The translations under genes were made by a program, and so were the position numbers. The notes below the pieces were generated by a model, which was not told the origin of the DNA, did not search any database, and worked only from the letters and a program-made list of their open reading frames with translations. From a virus, in IMG/VR virus record IMGVR_UViG_3300022682_000016, positions 1 through 64,000 of that record: a stretch of DNA of 64,000 nt; one strand, 5' to 3'. Within the stretch, counting starts at the first letter, position 1. Every line of letters begins with the position of its first letter. Shown one piece after another: positions 46,401-55,732 of the stretch.

Positions 46401-49400
46401 AATGAACTTATTGTATTACCAATATGAAAGTCTCCATCGCCCGTCATCGTGATGGATCCGTCTAACGTTATTATGTCAGTTCCATCGATTGTTATATCGC
46501 TTACCGTTGTAATTATTTGTCCGTTTTGGTCAAAGTCACCTGAATCTACTTCTAAAGTGTTTGCTGAAAATGCGTCTTGTAAGGTTATTCCTCCACCAGT
46601 ATTATTTACTAAAGCAGTGTATAGAGATTGACCGAACATTGTTATGTCTTGATTAGTGGTTCCATCAAAAGTAACTGACGATGATCCAGAAGTAAGCGTG
46701 GTGATAGAACCTATTGTCAAATCTCCTTCTACAGTCCATGTCGATGTCTGAAGGTTTATATCTAACGCAGTACCTGTCGATGCACCTAAAGTAGCAACAA
46801 CAGTATCAACGGTAGAGGAGCCAAAGTTCACTTCTAATTCACCGCCAGCACCTTCGTTGTATATATCTATTTCTGAGGATGCTGTTAGGTTATAATTGTT
46901 TGTATTTACAGTAACTTTATGGCTATAGGCTGATATTCTAATATCAGGAGCTGTGATATTACCTGCTAGACTGTATGTGGGACCTCCTGACCCAAACCAT
47001 TGTCTTAGATACAGCCCATTAGTAGATGTCCCAGAAAATGTACATGCAGGTACACTTATTGTATCCCCACCTGACCCAAAATAACTAAGTATTAATCTTT
47101 TACCCCCATTAATAGTGGCCGAAGGATCAATAGTCACTGTCGTAGTAGAGATAGTCCTTACAATTAGATCCGTAGTTATTGTAAGTGTTCCAGATCCTAC
47201 CGTAAGATCAACAGACACCCCCAAATTGTTACTTCCAGTATTTGTGGTAGTCTTTCCAGAGGCAGAACAGGTTATAGAGGCAAACCGTAAGCCAGCATCG
47301 TCTATGTCAAGATTTCCAGTTCCTTGTAAATCAAGATCACAAGCTGTTAAATCAGAAGCTGCATCTGTTCCCGTTCCTATATGGAAATCACCATCAGCAT
47401 CTAAAGTTAGAGCCGCATCTAGTGTAAGAACTCCTGTACCGTCATAGCTAAAGGAACCGGATACGTCTAATGTCTGGCCATTCTGATCAAAAGCTCCAGA
47501 ATAGTTTGCGTCTGCTGTTAGTGATAAACAAACAGCTGATGTCGATAAGGTGCAATTTTCTGCACCACTATTAGTATCGAAATATACTGAGTCAGATGCT
47601 GTTGGGACACCTGCACCACCAGAACCCCCAGAAGTAGTTGCCCAATTGTTAGCATTGTCCCAATCGTTATCAGTATCATCATTTACCCAGTATCTTTCTA
47701 ATGTATCAGAAGATGAGGATGATGAGAAAGAAGATGTAGATTCACTAGAACTTGAACAAGAACTAAAACTGGAGCTAGAACTAGAACTTGAACAAGAACT
47801 AAAACTGGAGCTACTACTAGAGCTAGAACTAGAAGAGGCTCCGGGACCAAAATCCCAATTAAGGTTTGACCCCGAATTAGTACTAGTTCCGTCTGTAGCA
47901 TCAATGGTAACACCACCAAATGCATCTGATAACTGAACATCTACATATGAAACCGCCATATCACCACCCCCACCTGGGGAGTTGGTGACTATAAGATTCC
48001 AATGAGTAGCTCCCGAAGCTCTAAGAACTATTATATCACTAGAAGCACCTATCCAATCCAATACATCTGCTTCTACAGTAATACCAGATGTAAATGTCAC
48101 AGTAGCGAAAGGTCTAATATAAAAAGTATCACTAATCACAACATCACCAGTAATGTTCATATCCGGAGTGCTATCGTCACCGAGACTAAGCTTATATATT
48201 GTCTCACCATTAAAATCAATGTCACATGTGGTAGCAGTATCAAATAACCAAGTAACAACCGAATCAGAAATAGAAGCACCTGTCACAGTAAAATCATTTC
48301 TAATTGTTATTGTACCTCCATTAGCTGTTGTAAATGTGCCACTAGACAATGTAGACGCACCTGACAATCTGAGATCTGCACCTGATAGGCTAAAAGCCGC
48401 TCCTGAAAGATTAAGTGTATCCTCAAATGCAACAAATTCCTCCATAAAAAATGTACCGCCATTAAGTACGGCAGCCCCACTAACATATAATGGAGCATTA
48501 CGATTAGAAAAAGTTCCTGAAGTAAGTGTTAAATTATCGCATCTATAATTAGTTGCGGAAGAATATCCATATACGGTAGAGCTACCTGCATCTATTTCTA
48601 TATTACCTATACTAACAATAAATCCATCAGGGAGATCAAATACTTGAATTCCGGATACAGGACCAAATACTATTAAACCAGAAGCATTCTTTGTAAAGTA
48701 TGCGCCTGCTATTGTAAAGGCTGAGTCAGCACCTATGAAATTTATTGTTTGGGCACCTTGAACAAATGACCCGCCATCAAAATCAACATCACCTTTACAA
48801 GTAATTGTGCCTGTACCTCCAGTAAAAGTACCTCCTGTAATGCGAAAACCTTCTGATGTCTTACCGTCAAAAATCCATGCTGCATTTCCTTGAGTTACAG
48901 ATCCACCAGAAAGTAGAAATTTATATGTACTACCCCAAGTTATTGTAGAAGTTCCCCCAGTTCCTGATGAAGAGTTAAAAGATCCATTTGAACCTAACTC
49001 ACTATATTGTGTATCATGAGTAGTTGTAAAGTCGTATCCGTCCGTAACCCATGCTATGGTAGACCCAGAAGGTCCACATGTTAACGAGTCAAGTGTTACA
49101 TTTTCACTTTGTGTAAGAGTAAATGTACCTGTACCACTGGCTGAATTTGACATTCTAACATGATTAGATAAACCAGAAACAAACCCTAAAATAGTGCCAC
49201 TACCAGCTGCTGAGTTTTGAATTACTACATCCAAAGAACTATTTGTAATGTCCGAACCTGTTACAAAGTCTATTATGGTACCTTTAGATCCGGATCCTAC
49301 AAAAGTAAGATTAACAATGTTAGTGTTATTAAAAGTACCACCATTAAGTACAAATGAATTAGAGAAATTAGTATTTGTAAACACTTCACAAGTGTAGCCA

Positions 49401-51106
49401 GAGTCTGCTATTTTAATGTCATAAAATGTACCACTAACAGAAAGTAGTGCTGAACGTTTAGCATATAAAGTTCCTGTTTCAGGAGTTACTGTACAACTAA
49501 TATCCAAAGCACTTCCTGCGCTGGTATTGTTTCCAGTAAGAGTACCGCTACCCATAATAAGAGTAAAACCAGCTTCTGATAAAGTAATATCACTCTCAAC
49601 TGTCAAATTATTATCATTAAGGTCCAGACTATTAGATGCACCAGCAGTATCATTTAAAGTATTACATACTCCATTAGAACTTAACGTACATGCTGGTGAA
49701 TTATCGTCAAAATACACATCGTTACTAGTTGTAGGAACACCTGCTCCTCCAGGACCGCCACTGTATGTTGACCAGTTATCCGATGTATTCCAGTCACTAT
49801 CTGTATCACCTACAAAATATCGATCATTAGGATCTGGAGAAGCAGAACTCGATGAAGAACATGAACTACTAAAACTTGAACTAGAAGAACATGAACTACT
49901 AAAACTTGAACTAGAAGAACATGAACTGAAGGAACTTGAACTATTACTACTACTAGAGGATGAGGAAGTTATAAATGTCCAGTTAGTATTATTTAGACTA
50001 TTTGTACCATTAATATCAGTAATATCATCACCAGAACTTGCGTCACTATCTTTAACGTCAACATAATACACATTGGTAGAACCAACACCATCACCTACAT
50101 CTAAACTCCATTGATCTCCATCAGAATCTGATCTCAATGTTATTGGATTCCCATCGACACCTACCCAAGAAATGGCGTCAAATGTGAACGTATCTGTATT
50201 ATTAAATTTACAAGAATTTCCAGGATTTAATGTAAACGTACCATCTACTCTAAACGATTCGTTAAACGTGACATCGCCCGTAGAGTCAGATGCTAATTCG
50301 AGGTCAAATATTACCTCCCCATCACCAAAATCAATAGTAGTCGCATTTGAACCGTTATCTATAATCCACGTTTCATTTGTGTGGGTAATTGTTGAATCAC
50401 TACTATTATCTATAGTCCTAGCTGTTATAGAACCATTACCTCCCTGAAAGGTTAGGGTAGTAGATGCTCCCATAGTAAATGTATACACTACACTTAAATT
50501 GTATGTAAATGAATTATTAAACTGAAATTCGCCAGAAACTATTGTAAAATAGTTACATAAAATATCACTACCAATATTGTATGGATCACTACCTCCCGAT
50601 CGGTTAACATCTATATTACCTAAGTTAGTACCACTAGCATCTGATATAGAATAAGCCCCATTAACTGAGTCTAATATTAATTTTCCAGATCCGCTAGTAA
50701 AAGTTGCATTTTCACCAATAGATACATTTCCCTTACATGTTGCTTGAGCGTTTCCCTGTATATACGTGACATCTACGCTATTACCAATACTTAGTAGAGA
50801 GTTATATGTTATTGTTGAAGTACCTCCAGTTCCCGAATTAGAATCAAATGTACCTGCTGTTTGGGCAAAGAAACCTGCTAATGTCAAATTATAGCCATCA
50901 GTAGATATTGTGGCAGATGCATTTTGTATATACAGGGCATTAACAGACACATCCACATCAAAGGTACAATCGTTTGTTTGATCGAAGTAAACATTGTCGC
51001 TAACACCCGGTATACTGGCACCTCCACTACCTCCTGAAGATGTGGACCAATTACCAGTATCGTTCCATGTATTATCAACAGCACCTATAAAATATCTATC
51101 AGCCAT
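43442..51106 (-). CDS. Giant (2554 aa) modular tail fibre/adhesin-like protein with Ser-rich linkers
   Basis: Four modules beginning (R/L)Y...W....NWS..SGG.GGA..P...D.V.FD, each followed by a Ser/Cys tract. Confidence 0.75.
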   Translation of the reverse strand: MADRYFIGAVDNTWNDTGNWSTSSGGSGGASIPGVSDNVYFDQTNDCTFDVDVSVNALYIQNASATISTDGYNLTLAGFFAQTAGTFDSNSGTGGTSTITYNSLLSIGNSVDVTYIQGNAQATCKGNVSIGENATFTSGSGKLILDSVNGAYSISDASGTNLGNIDVNRSGGSDPYNIGSDILCNYFTIVSGEFQFNNSFTYNLSVVYTFTMGASTTLTFQGGNGSITARTIDNSSDSTITHTNETWIIDNGSNATTIDFGDGEVIFDLELASDSTGDVTFNESFRVDGTFTLNPGNSCKFNNTDTFTFDAISWVGVDGNPITLRSDSDGDQWSLDVGDGVGSTNVYYVDVKDSDASSGDDITDINGTNSLNNTNWTFITSSSSSSSNSSSSFSSCSSSSSFSSSCSSSSSFSSSCSSSSSASPDPNDRYFVGDTDSDWNTSDNWSTYSGGPGGAGVPTTSNDVYFDDNSPACTLSSNGVCNTLNDTAGASNSLDLNDNNLTVESDITLSEAGFTLIMGSGTLTGNNTSAGSALDISCTVTPETGTLYAKRSALLSVSGTFYDIKIADSGYTCEVFTNTNFSNSFVLNGGTFNNTNIVNLTFVGSGSKGTIIDFVTGSDITNSSLDVVIQNSAAGSGTILGFVSGLSNHVRMSNSASGTGTFTLTQSENVTLDSLTCGPSGSTIAWVTDGYDFTTTHDTQYSELGSNGSFNSSSGTGGTSTITWGSTYKFLLSGGSVTQGNAAWIFDGKTSEGFRITGGTFTGGTGTITCKGDVDFDGGSFVQGAQTINFIGADSAFTIAGAYFTKNASGLIVFGPVSGIQVFDLPDGFIVSIGNIEIDAGSSTVYGYSSATNYRCDNLTLTSGTFSNRNAPLYVSGAAVLNGGTFFMEEFVAFEDTLNLSGAAFSLSGADLRLSGASTLSSGTFTTANGGTITIRNDFTVTGASISDSVVTWLFDTATTCDIDFNGETIYKLSLGDDSTPDMNITGDVVISDTFYIRPFATVTFTSGITVEADVLDWIGASSDIIVLRASGATHWNLIVTNSPGGGGDMAVSYVDVQLSDAFGGVTIDATDGTSTNSGSNLNWDFGPGASSSSSSSSSSSFSSCSSSSSSSSFSSCSSSSESTSSFSSSSSSDTLERYWVNDDTDNDWDNANNWATTSGGSGGAGVPTASDSVYFDTNSGAENCTLSTSAVCLSLTADANYSGAFDQNGQTLDVSGSFSYDGTGVLTLDAALTLDADGDFHIGTGTDAASDLTACDLDLQGTGNLDIDDAGLRFASITCSASGKTTTNTGSNNLGVSVDLTVGSGTLTITTDLIVRTISTTTVTIDPSATINGGKRLILSYFGSGGDTISVPACTFSGTSTNGLYLRQWFGSGGPTYSLAGNITAPDIRISAYSHKVTVNTNNYNLTASSEIDIYNEGAGGELEVNFGSSTVDTVVATLGASTGTALDINLQTSTWTVEGDLTIGSITTLTSGSSSVTFDGTTNQDITMFGQSLYTALVNNTGGGITLQDAFSANTLEVDSGDFDQNGQIITTVSDITIDGTDIITLDGSITMTGDGDFHIGNTISSLAVTGCNLDLQGTGNLDIDKATNNSNKFNNVTCGYAGKTTTVTGTASLYIGGVCTIASATGELNMAGNATTLILTGTGTPFVSNNGLLSHTGYKTINFYTTSAGSVNIDVPNTTTGVIIYVGSAIAGTVTYTLVDDIGEGTAPIWYLTINNQINNASCVTEFNTGNYNITTGYSINDYAGQALSTKTSNYGSSTITTSRYIQLNNGTANINFQTSIWNISTAFTMVNTGTTTVDPGTSQITFTGSAPTLTSAGNTLYDVIFNHTGTAVIADTAHFNRWLIEPGKAIDVTAGETVQIDAYTAGDIDGTSGNLVTLNSTTPGSEWFYDNPAGMTVSYVAVQDSTATNEVDASDGTNVDGTGNTNWDFVGSSSSSSSSSSISSISSSSSSSSSESVGSCSSSSSNSSSSSSSSESTSSCSSSSSFSSSSCSSSSSNSSSSSSSSESVSSSSSSSSESNSSCSSSSTSTSPSSSSSSSQSPTGALYYVSDGTYPTWNDPLNWSVVSGGSGGAGVPTISDDVIFDSNSTRDCPIHSDANCNSITFSSYSQTLNINGRTLTVEDASSIVGGSVNISSGTIVIKESSTIRPTTVTTGGTWRFPLTSSITIKADRDTNLGVVSITGGSSYTFNVDEDVSNGGLKATTLSSTANITSTANAYLDATNWDLDNCTLTAGSNVYFRGGATFDTVSVGITGTFIIAANGSYDFDNSVFPNIQSLTGGELSISFTSAFSTFGLMTLREGDTVSFSNSGTFNFNVISWDGASGNLLTLQTLGSGSWNLDIDESSPSVTYVDVSNSNASFGSAVDASDGTSVDGGSNTNWIFPSSSSSSSSSSESSSSESSGLSCSSSSSSESSSSSFSSCSSSSMSESSCSSSSCSSSESPSSSSSCSSSLSSSSSSFSSCSSSSVSGSSFTALERTVTEAAVEEGVVFIPDSKIEDFLHDPFKGVPRFVFNRGYALSQDDMTAYEELTRNAIGNHFTGLMKYPGIVDRR
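44978..45302 (-). repeat. Ser-linker low-complexity repeat, the longest of four in the giant gene
   Basis: CTTTCAGAAGATGATGAACTACTGGATGAA occurs three times. Similar tracts lie at about 43690-43950, 47705-47840 and 49840-49970. Confidence 0.8.
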
Positions 51107-51118
51107 AATTTACTACTC

Positions 51119-51676
51119 CTAAGAACCGTCTCTCATTTTTAGGTACGGTGAACGATTCTCTGTTTGATCAACTTCGTAACTAACACCCGATATTGTTAAT
51201 TTAGCAATAACTAATCCATCCCCACCACTGGGGTATATCTTCCCAGCAGAGTTTGTAGATATTGAAAGGTCTACAAAAAACTCAAGTCCAATAGCAGTTT
51301 CTACAGCTAAACGCTCACCTGTATAAGGATGTATCCTGTAATCAATATTTTTAGGATAAGCCTTAACACATAAGTATCCTGAAGTATAACCTGTACCAGA
51401 AGCGGGGAATGATAATTTATATGCAGAAGATGCTGGATGATACAACCTCCTCCCCTGCTGATCAAAACCAACACCTTGAGATATTGTTATAGACTGACCA
51501 GTAATGTTACCGACAACCATGCCAAAAGCAAACCCCGGATTCTCTATAAAATCTTTTGTCCTGTCAGCAAGTTCGGTATTAAAGTACTGTGCTAAAGCAT
51601 TTAGCATATCCGCAGTAACATCATAACCATGATGAAAATTTATTGTTGATATTTGTCTAGTATTTTCTAAAACCAT
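51119..51676 (-). CDS. Tail/baseplate-associated protein
   Basis: F..GY...PG...GVGFDQQGRR pattern; located in the structural operon. Confidence 0.6.
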   Translation of the reverse strand: MVLENTRQISTINFHHGYDVTADMLNALAQYFNTELADRTKDFIENPGFAFGMVVGNITGQSITISQGVGFDQQGRRLYHPASSAYKLSFPASGTGYTSGYLCVKAYPKNIDYRIHPYTGERLAVETAIGLEFFVDLSISTNSAGKIYPSGGDGLVIAKLTISGVSYEVDQTENRSPYLKMRDGS

Positions 51677-51678
51677 AA

Positions 51679-54600
51679 TTACACCCTTTTGAGAAATTTA
51701 TGGTATAAATGTCCAAATCTATACGGCTTGTCTTCTGGTTGATATTTAAAGACGTCTACCAAACCATTATACCTTCTAATATTCTTTATAGCATCACTCA
51801 AAACACCTAAGTTGAAATCAGAGTATTCATCCTGTGTTGAATCTCCAGAAATATCAACAAAATTACCGGTAGAAGCCATTGGCAACATGACTTCAGTCTT
51901 ATATAAGTAGTCATTCTCTATTTGTGAAAACAGTCCGTTACCTATACGATTACAGCCTTCTAAATCATAAACACTGTCACTGTCACTAACAGCCCTCCCT
52001 AACAATATGTAATCATATTGATATTGGTAAGTAACAATAACGTCTCCTATTGTAGATACACTGTCAGAAGCATTAAGGTTTATAATATCTAATGAATTAG
52101 TATCCCGTTCAGCAAAATTATTAAGAGTTCCAGATGCTGTAGACACAAATTTAGGGGCAATACCATCCGAGTCTTCATCCTCAGTCATATAGGATGGGTA
52201 TTCAGAAGGTGCTGTGGCAGGCGTTGTCTGAACACCTGTGTGATAAACTCTTATAATAGATCCTGATGTAGGAACTCTTGAAAGTTTTACATATTTATCC
52301 CCAGAATAACTTATAGAGGATATGGTGGCTGTCACAGTCTCATCAGACAATAATCTAATAGTTTCTCCAACAGAAAAACTTTTAAGCTGCATAGAAACAT
52401 TTAAAGTTTTATTAGTTACAGATGATAGTTCACCAACAGCTTTTGAAGTTTCACCATATAACTTAACACCAAATGTAAATTCAGCTGGCGGTGCAGAAGA
52501 TAGTATTAATGAAACATTTGATGAGTACTTAATGTCCTCTTGATAAATTCGCTCATGAACTGTTTTTATATAACTGATAGGTTCTTGAGAAGACTCTTTT
52601 ACTAACAATCTCCCATATCGAGTAGTACCATCAATGTAGTAGTATTTTATAGAGTCTGGGCTAACAGTATGAAAACCTTGAGCATGTTTCTCCCAACTAA
52701 TTTTAGGTTTTAGAGTAGAGTTTGTATGCCCCTTAATACTTATAAGAGATCTATTACTATAACTTTCAGCAGTTAGCATGAAGCCGGTCTCTAATATGTT
52801 CTCAGGATCTTCTCCCATATTAAGTCTGGAAACTTCATACTTATAAATATCTTGAATAATGTCTGTAACATCAATAGAAGCCCAAGCAGGTGAATCTATA
52901 CTTATTTTAGGAATATAAAACTCTTTCAAAAATACAGCATCTGAAGAAGTTTTAGCACCGTCCGTACCCCAATCTTTAGTAACCCAATCTTCTGGTATGT
53001 TGGTATATTCTTCAGTTAAGGCATCCCAAGAATATCCTCCAGAGATACTTTCCTGATCCCTATAGTTCCAACAAACTTTGGAAGTATCATACTTCTTTCT
53101 TATTCGGTATAACCGAAGATAACCAGCTTCTGAAGAATGGTTAATAAATATCTTTAAAACTGCTCTCTTTGTCCACTCCATCTTAGAAGTGGTAAGATTT
53201 ATTTTAAATAATATTCTCTTTTCACCAGATAATGAGATCTCAGTAGCGGCCCCATCGTAGTAACTTACCCCTTCCGAAGAATCATCTCTAGCAATTATAA
53301 GGTCATCACTCTCCATATCGTCCCAAGCATCTTTTTGTGTAGCACTGCTCGGAACAGTTCCTCCAGAAGGTGGGAAAGTTACGGTAGGGTCAATTGCAGA
53401 GATAGTGGCACTGAAATTGGCATTGTCTGTACCTGTAATTTCGTAACTGGCAGCGTCTTTAAGCTGGAAAGATTTTGAGTACATCTTTACTAAAGAGTCT
53501 TCCCAACCAATCCATGGACTGTGCATACGAAGAAGAATTCCATCATGTCCACTAATATATGGGATTAGACCTGTTCCCGGACTTCCTCCAGAGTTGTTTA
53601 CAGTAACAATAGAGTTTGCTACAGAGTTCCAACTAAACAAATCAATAACATTATTAGCTGTAGTAGCTCCTCCAGAACCTAATCGAACATTGAATAGATA
53701 GGAATACGGATTTTCAGGAGAACTTCCTAAAACTTGTAAATCTCCACTAGCGTATGGGCTGTTTGAGGTATACCAGATAGTTGCCCAAAATCTATCATCA
53801 TTAAGTAAGAACTCTAAACCATTATCTGGAGTAGCTAAAGAACTACTTGGATTAACATATCCTGCATAAGGGTCGCCTGTGGATGGCATGACATACAACT
53901 TATGCTCTCTATCAGACTTAAACCAATGTTGTTTATAGTACTCTAAAATAGTTTGAGTAGTAATACCCAAAGTGTTTTGACATGCTTGAGTAATTCCAGC
54001 CATCTTACCAACATTATCCTGATTAGTAAAACTGCTTTTTAGCATGTCTTTATATTTAACAAATCCCTGACTAGTTTCCTGAGCCTTTAAAGGCTGTAGT
54101 CCTAAAAGATTTCCGAAGGAATACCAAAGATCTGCCAAAGATATATCTTTTTGGTCAGACACTACCGGTTTAAAACCTTTTGTATAGATTTGAGAATAAT
54201 CTATAAACTTATCAGCAACTACTTGAAAGTATTTTTCATAAAGAGTTAAAAACTGACTGGCATATGCCATTAGAAAAGTATGGATAAGGTAGGCGTTTAC
54301 ATGAACAGTATCTCCAGTAGCACCAGTACTTTCTTGTATAGATGTTAGTTTGGAATGTTTTTTATCCATTAAGAAACTGATTTCTCGTTTAGAATAAAGT
54401 GCTGACGAGTCCGCAGGTTCTGTGTGAGCTACGGACCCATCAACAAAAACATTAAAACCGTCTAACATTCGACAAGTTGTTTGCCATAAATGCTCAACAT
54501 TTGAGGAAAAATGTGCAGCTTCTGTGCGATCATAAATACGAGTACCTGGAAGACCTGAGAGTAGGAACTGAAAAAACTTATTTGAATAAGTATCTCTAGG

Positions 54601-54999
54601 CTCAAAACCTAATGAAGTCACCACCTTTGCAGCTAAAGGTACTGTATAGTTTGAAGTGTTTGTAACAACACCTAAAGCATCTAATCTAACAAACCTTATT
54701 CTGTAATAGTACACTGATGAAACGTCTACATCGCTATCTGTGTACTCATCCGTAGTGGCCCATTTTTGGGAAGCTACCAAGGTCCAAGTATCCAAATCAG
54801 TACTTCTATAAACCTGAGCATACAGGTCAGATGCACTGTCACTAGTATTTCTATGTTTTGCCCAATGAATATATACCTGACCATCACTGGTAGGCACAAC
54901 TGTAAAACTTTGAGGCACTATTATAGAAACTACTAAATCTGCCTCGAATAGGTAGTCTGGAAGATTTGGAGTAGCTGTTTCATATGTAAAATGAGCCAT
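51679..54999 (-). CDS. Baseplate wedge-like protein with FN3-like and DNRLRE-like domains
   Basis: VYRST...YYYRIR (FN3-like); RILFKINL..RAVLKI..LYRI...WN (DNRLRE-like). Confidence 0.55.
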   Translation of the reverse strand: MAHFTYETATPNLPDYLFEADLVVSIIVPQSFTVVPTSDGQVYIHWAKHRNTSDSASDLYAQVYRSTDLDTWTLVASQKWATTDEYTDSDVDVSSVYYYRIRFVRLDALGVVTNTSNYTVPLAAKVVTSLGFEPRDTYSNKFFQFLLSGLPGTRIYDRTEAAHFSSNVEHLWQTTCRMLDGFNVFVDGSVAHTEPADSSALYSKREISFLMDKKHSKLTSIQESTGATGDTVHVNAYLIHTFLMAYASQFLTLYEKYFQVVADKFIDYSQIYTKGFKPVVSDQKDISLADLWYSFGNLLGLQPLKAQETSQGFVKYKDMLKSSFTNQDNVGKMAGITQACQNTLGITTQTILEYYKQHWFKSDREHKLYVMPSTGDPYAGYVNPSSSLATPDNGLEFLLNDDRFWATIWYTSNSPYASGDLQVLGSSPENPYSYLFNVRLGSGGATTANNVIDLFSWNSVANSIVTVNNSGGSPGTGLIPYISGHDGILLRMHSPWIGWEDSLVKMYSKSFQLKDAASYEITGTDNANFSATISAIDPTVTFPPSGGTVPSSATQKDAWDDMESDDLIIARDDSSEGVSYYDGAATEISLSGEKRILFKINLTTSKMEWTKRAVLKIFINHSSEAGYLRLYRIRKKYDTSKVCWNYRDQESISGGYSWDALTEEYTNIPEDWVTKDWGTDGAKTSSDAVFLKEFYIPKISIDSPAWASIDVTDIIQDIYKYEVSRLNMGEDPENILETGFMLTAESYSNRSLISIKGHTNSTLKPKISWEKHAQGFHTVSPDSIKYYYIDGTTRYGRLLVKESSQEPISYIKTVHERIYQEDIKYSSNVSLILSSAPPAEFTFGVKLYGETSKAVGELSSVTNKTLNVSMQLKSFSVGETIRLLSDETVTATISSISYSGDKYVKLSRVPTSGSIIRVYHTGVQTTPATAPSEYPSYMTEDEDSDGIAPKFVSTASGTLNNFAERDTNSLDIINLNASDSVSTIGDVIVTYQYQYDYILLGRAVSDSDSVYDLEGCNRIGNGLFSQIENDYLYKTEVMLPMASTGNFVDISGDSTQDEYSDFNLGVLSDAIKNIRRYNGLVDVFKYQPEDKPYRFGHLYHKFLKRV

Positions 55000-55008
55000 T
55001 ATGATTCC

Positions 55009-55326
55009 TTATACAAAATAAGCTGTCAAAATAGACCGCATACGATTTTTTTCGTCTTCCGATAAATCACTCTTATTAGCCATCTCAACCAAAACATCTT
55101 TAACCATTTTAAGAACGGCAACACGTCTATGAACAGTTAACTCTTCAGTTGTAATAGCTGCATCAATAAGAGTAGCAATATGTTCTCCAGAGCCACCCTT
55201 TCTAAATGCGTTAAAAGCATTTAATAAGAAATTATCATGGATATTAAAATCTTTAGGGTTTATAGAACTATTGTCATTAGACGAGATAATCTTGTCCAGA
55301 CACTTCTTTATGTCACCAGCTTTCAT
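55009..55326 (-). CDS. Hypothetical protein
   Basis: AAGGA SD. Confidence 0.65.
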   Translation of the reverse strand: MKAGDIKKCLDKIISSNDNSSINPKDFNIHDNFLLNAFNAFRKGGSGEHIATLIDAAITTEELTVHRRVAVLKMVKDVLVEMANKSDLSEDEKNRMRSILTAYFV

Positions 55327-55342
55327 ATTATTCCTTTAATGT

Positions 55343-55687
55343 TTATTCCTTATTAGGAATTGTTTCGGCCTCTTTAACTTTTTCATATAGCTTCATAAGC
55401 AATCGCCCATAGGTGACAGTTGCTAATCCAGCAGAGCTATCCAAACAAGACATACAAATAGCATGCTCGCTTTCTTTAAGAATAAGTTCCGTATCAGAAA
55501 ATGTAATAGACTCTCCAGGACCTTGTGGAGTATCAACAATCGATTTAGTAGCATTCTCCTCTAATTTATCCATAATAGGAGATCGCTCCCGAACATCCTG
55601 CATTGTAAGCCCTCTTTGTGGGTTACCTTGGTTAAGAGTATCGTAAAGGTTTTTAACCTCATCCTTTGTCAGTTTCACTTTTTTCAT
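55343..55687 (-). CDS. Hypothetical protein, possibly a fibre chaperone
   Basis: AAAGGA SD; follows the fibre gene. Confidence 0.55.
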   Translation of the reverse strand: MKKVKLTKDEVKNLYDTLNQGNPQRGLTMQDVRERSPIMDKLEENATKSIVDTPQGPGESITFSDTELILKESEHAICMSCLDSSAGLATVTYGRLLMKLYEKVKEAETIPNKE

Positions 55688-55732
55688 AGTTCATCCTTTT
55701 TGTTAAGTAATGTATTAGTTATAGGATTTACA

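Noticed and set aside
43626-50447. Acidic E/L/D-rich + strand ORFs (e.g. 43626-44051, 45165-45401, 47550-47936, 49527-50066)
   Set aside because: They are antisense shadows of the poly-Ser codons of the giant minus-strand gene.
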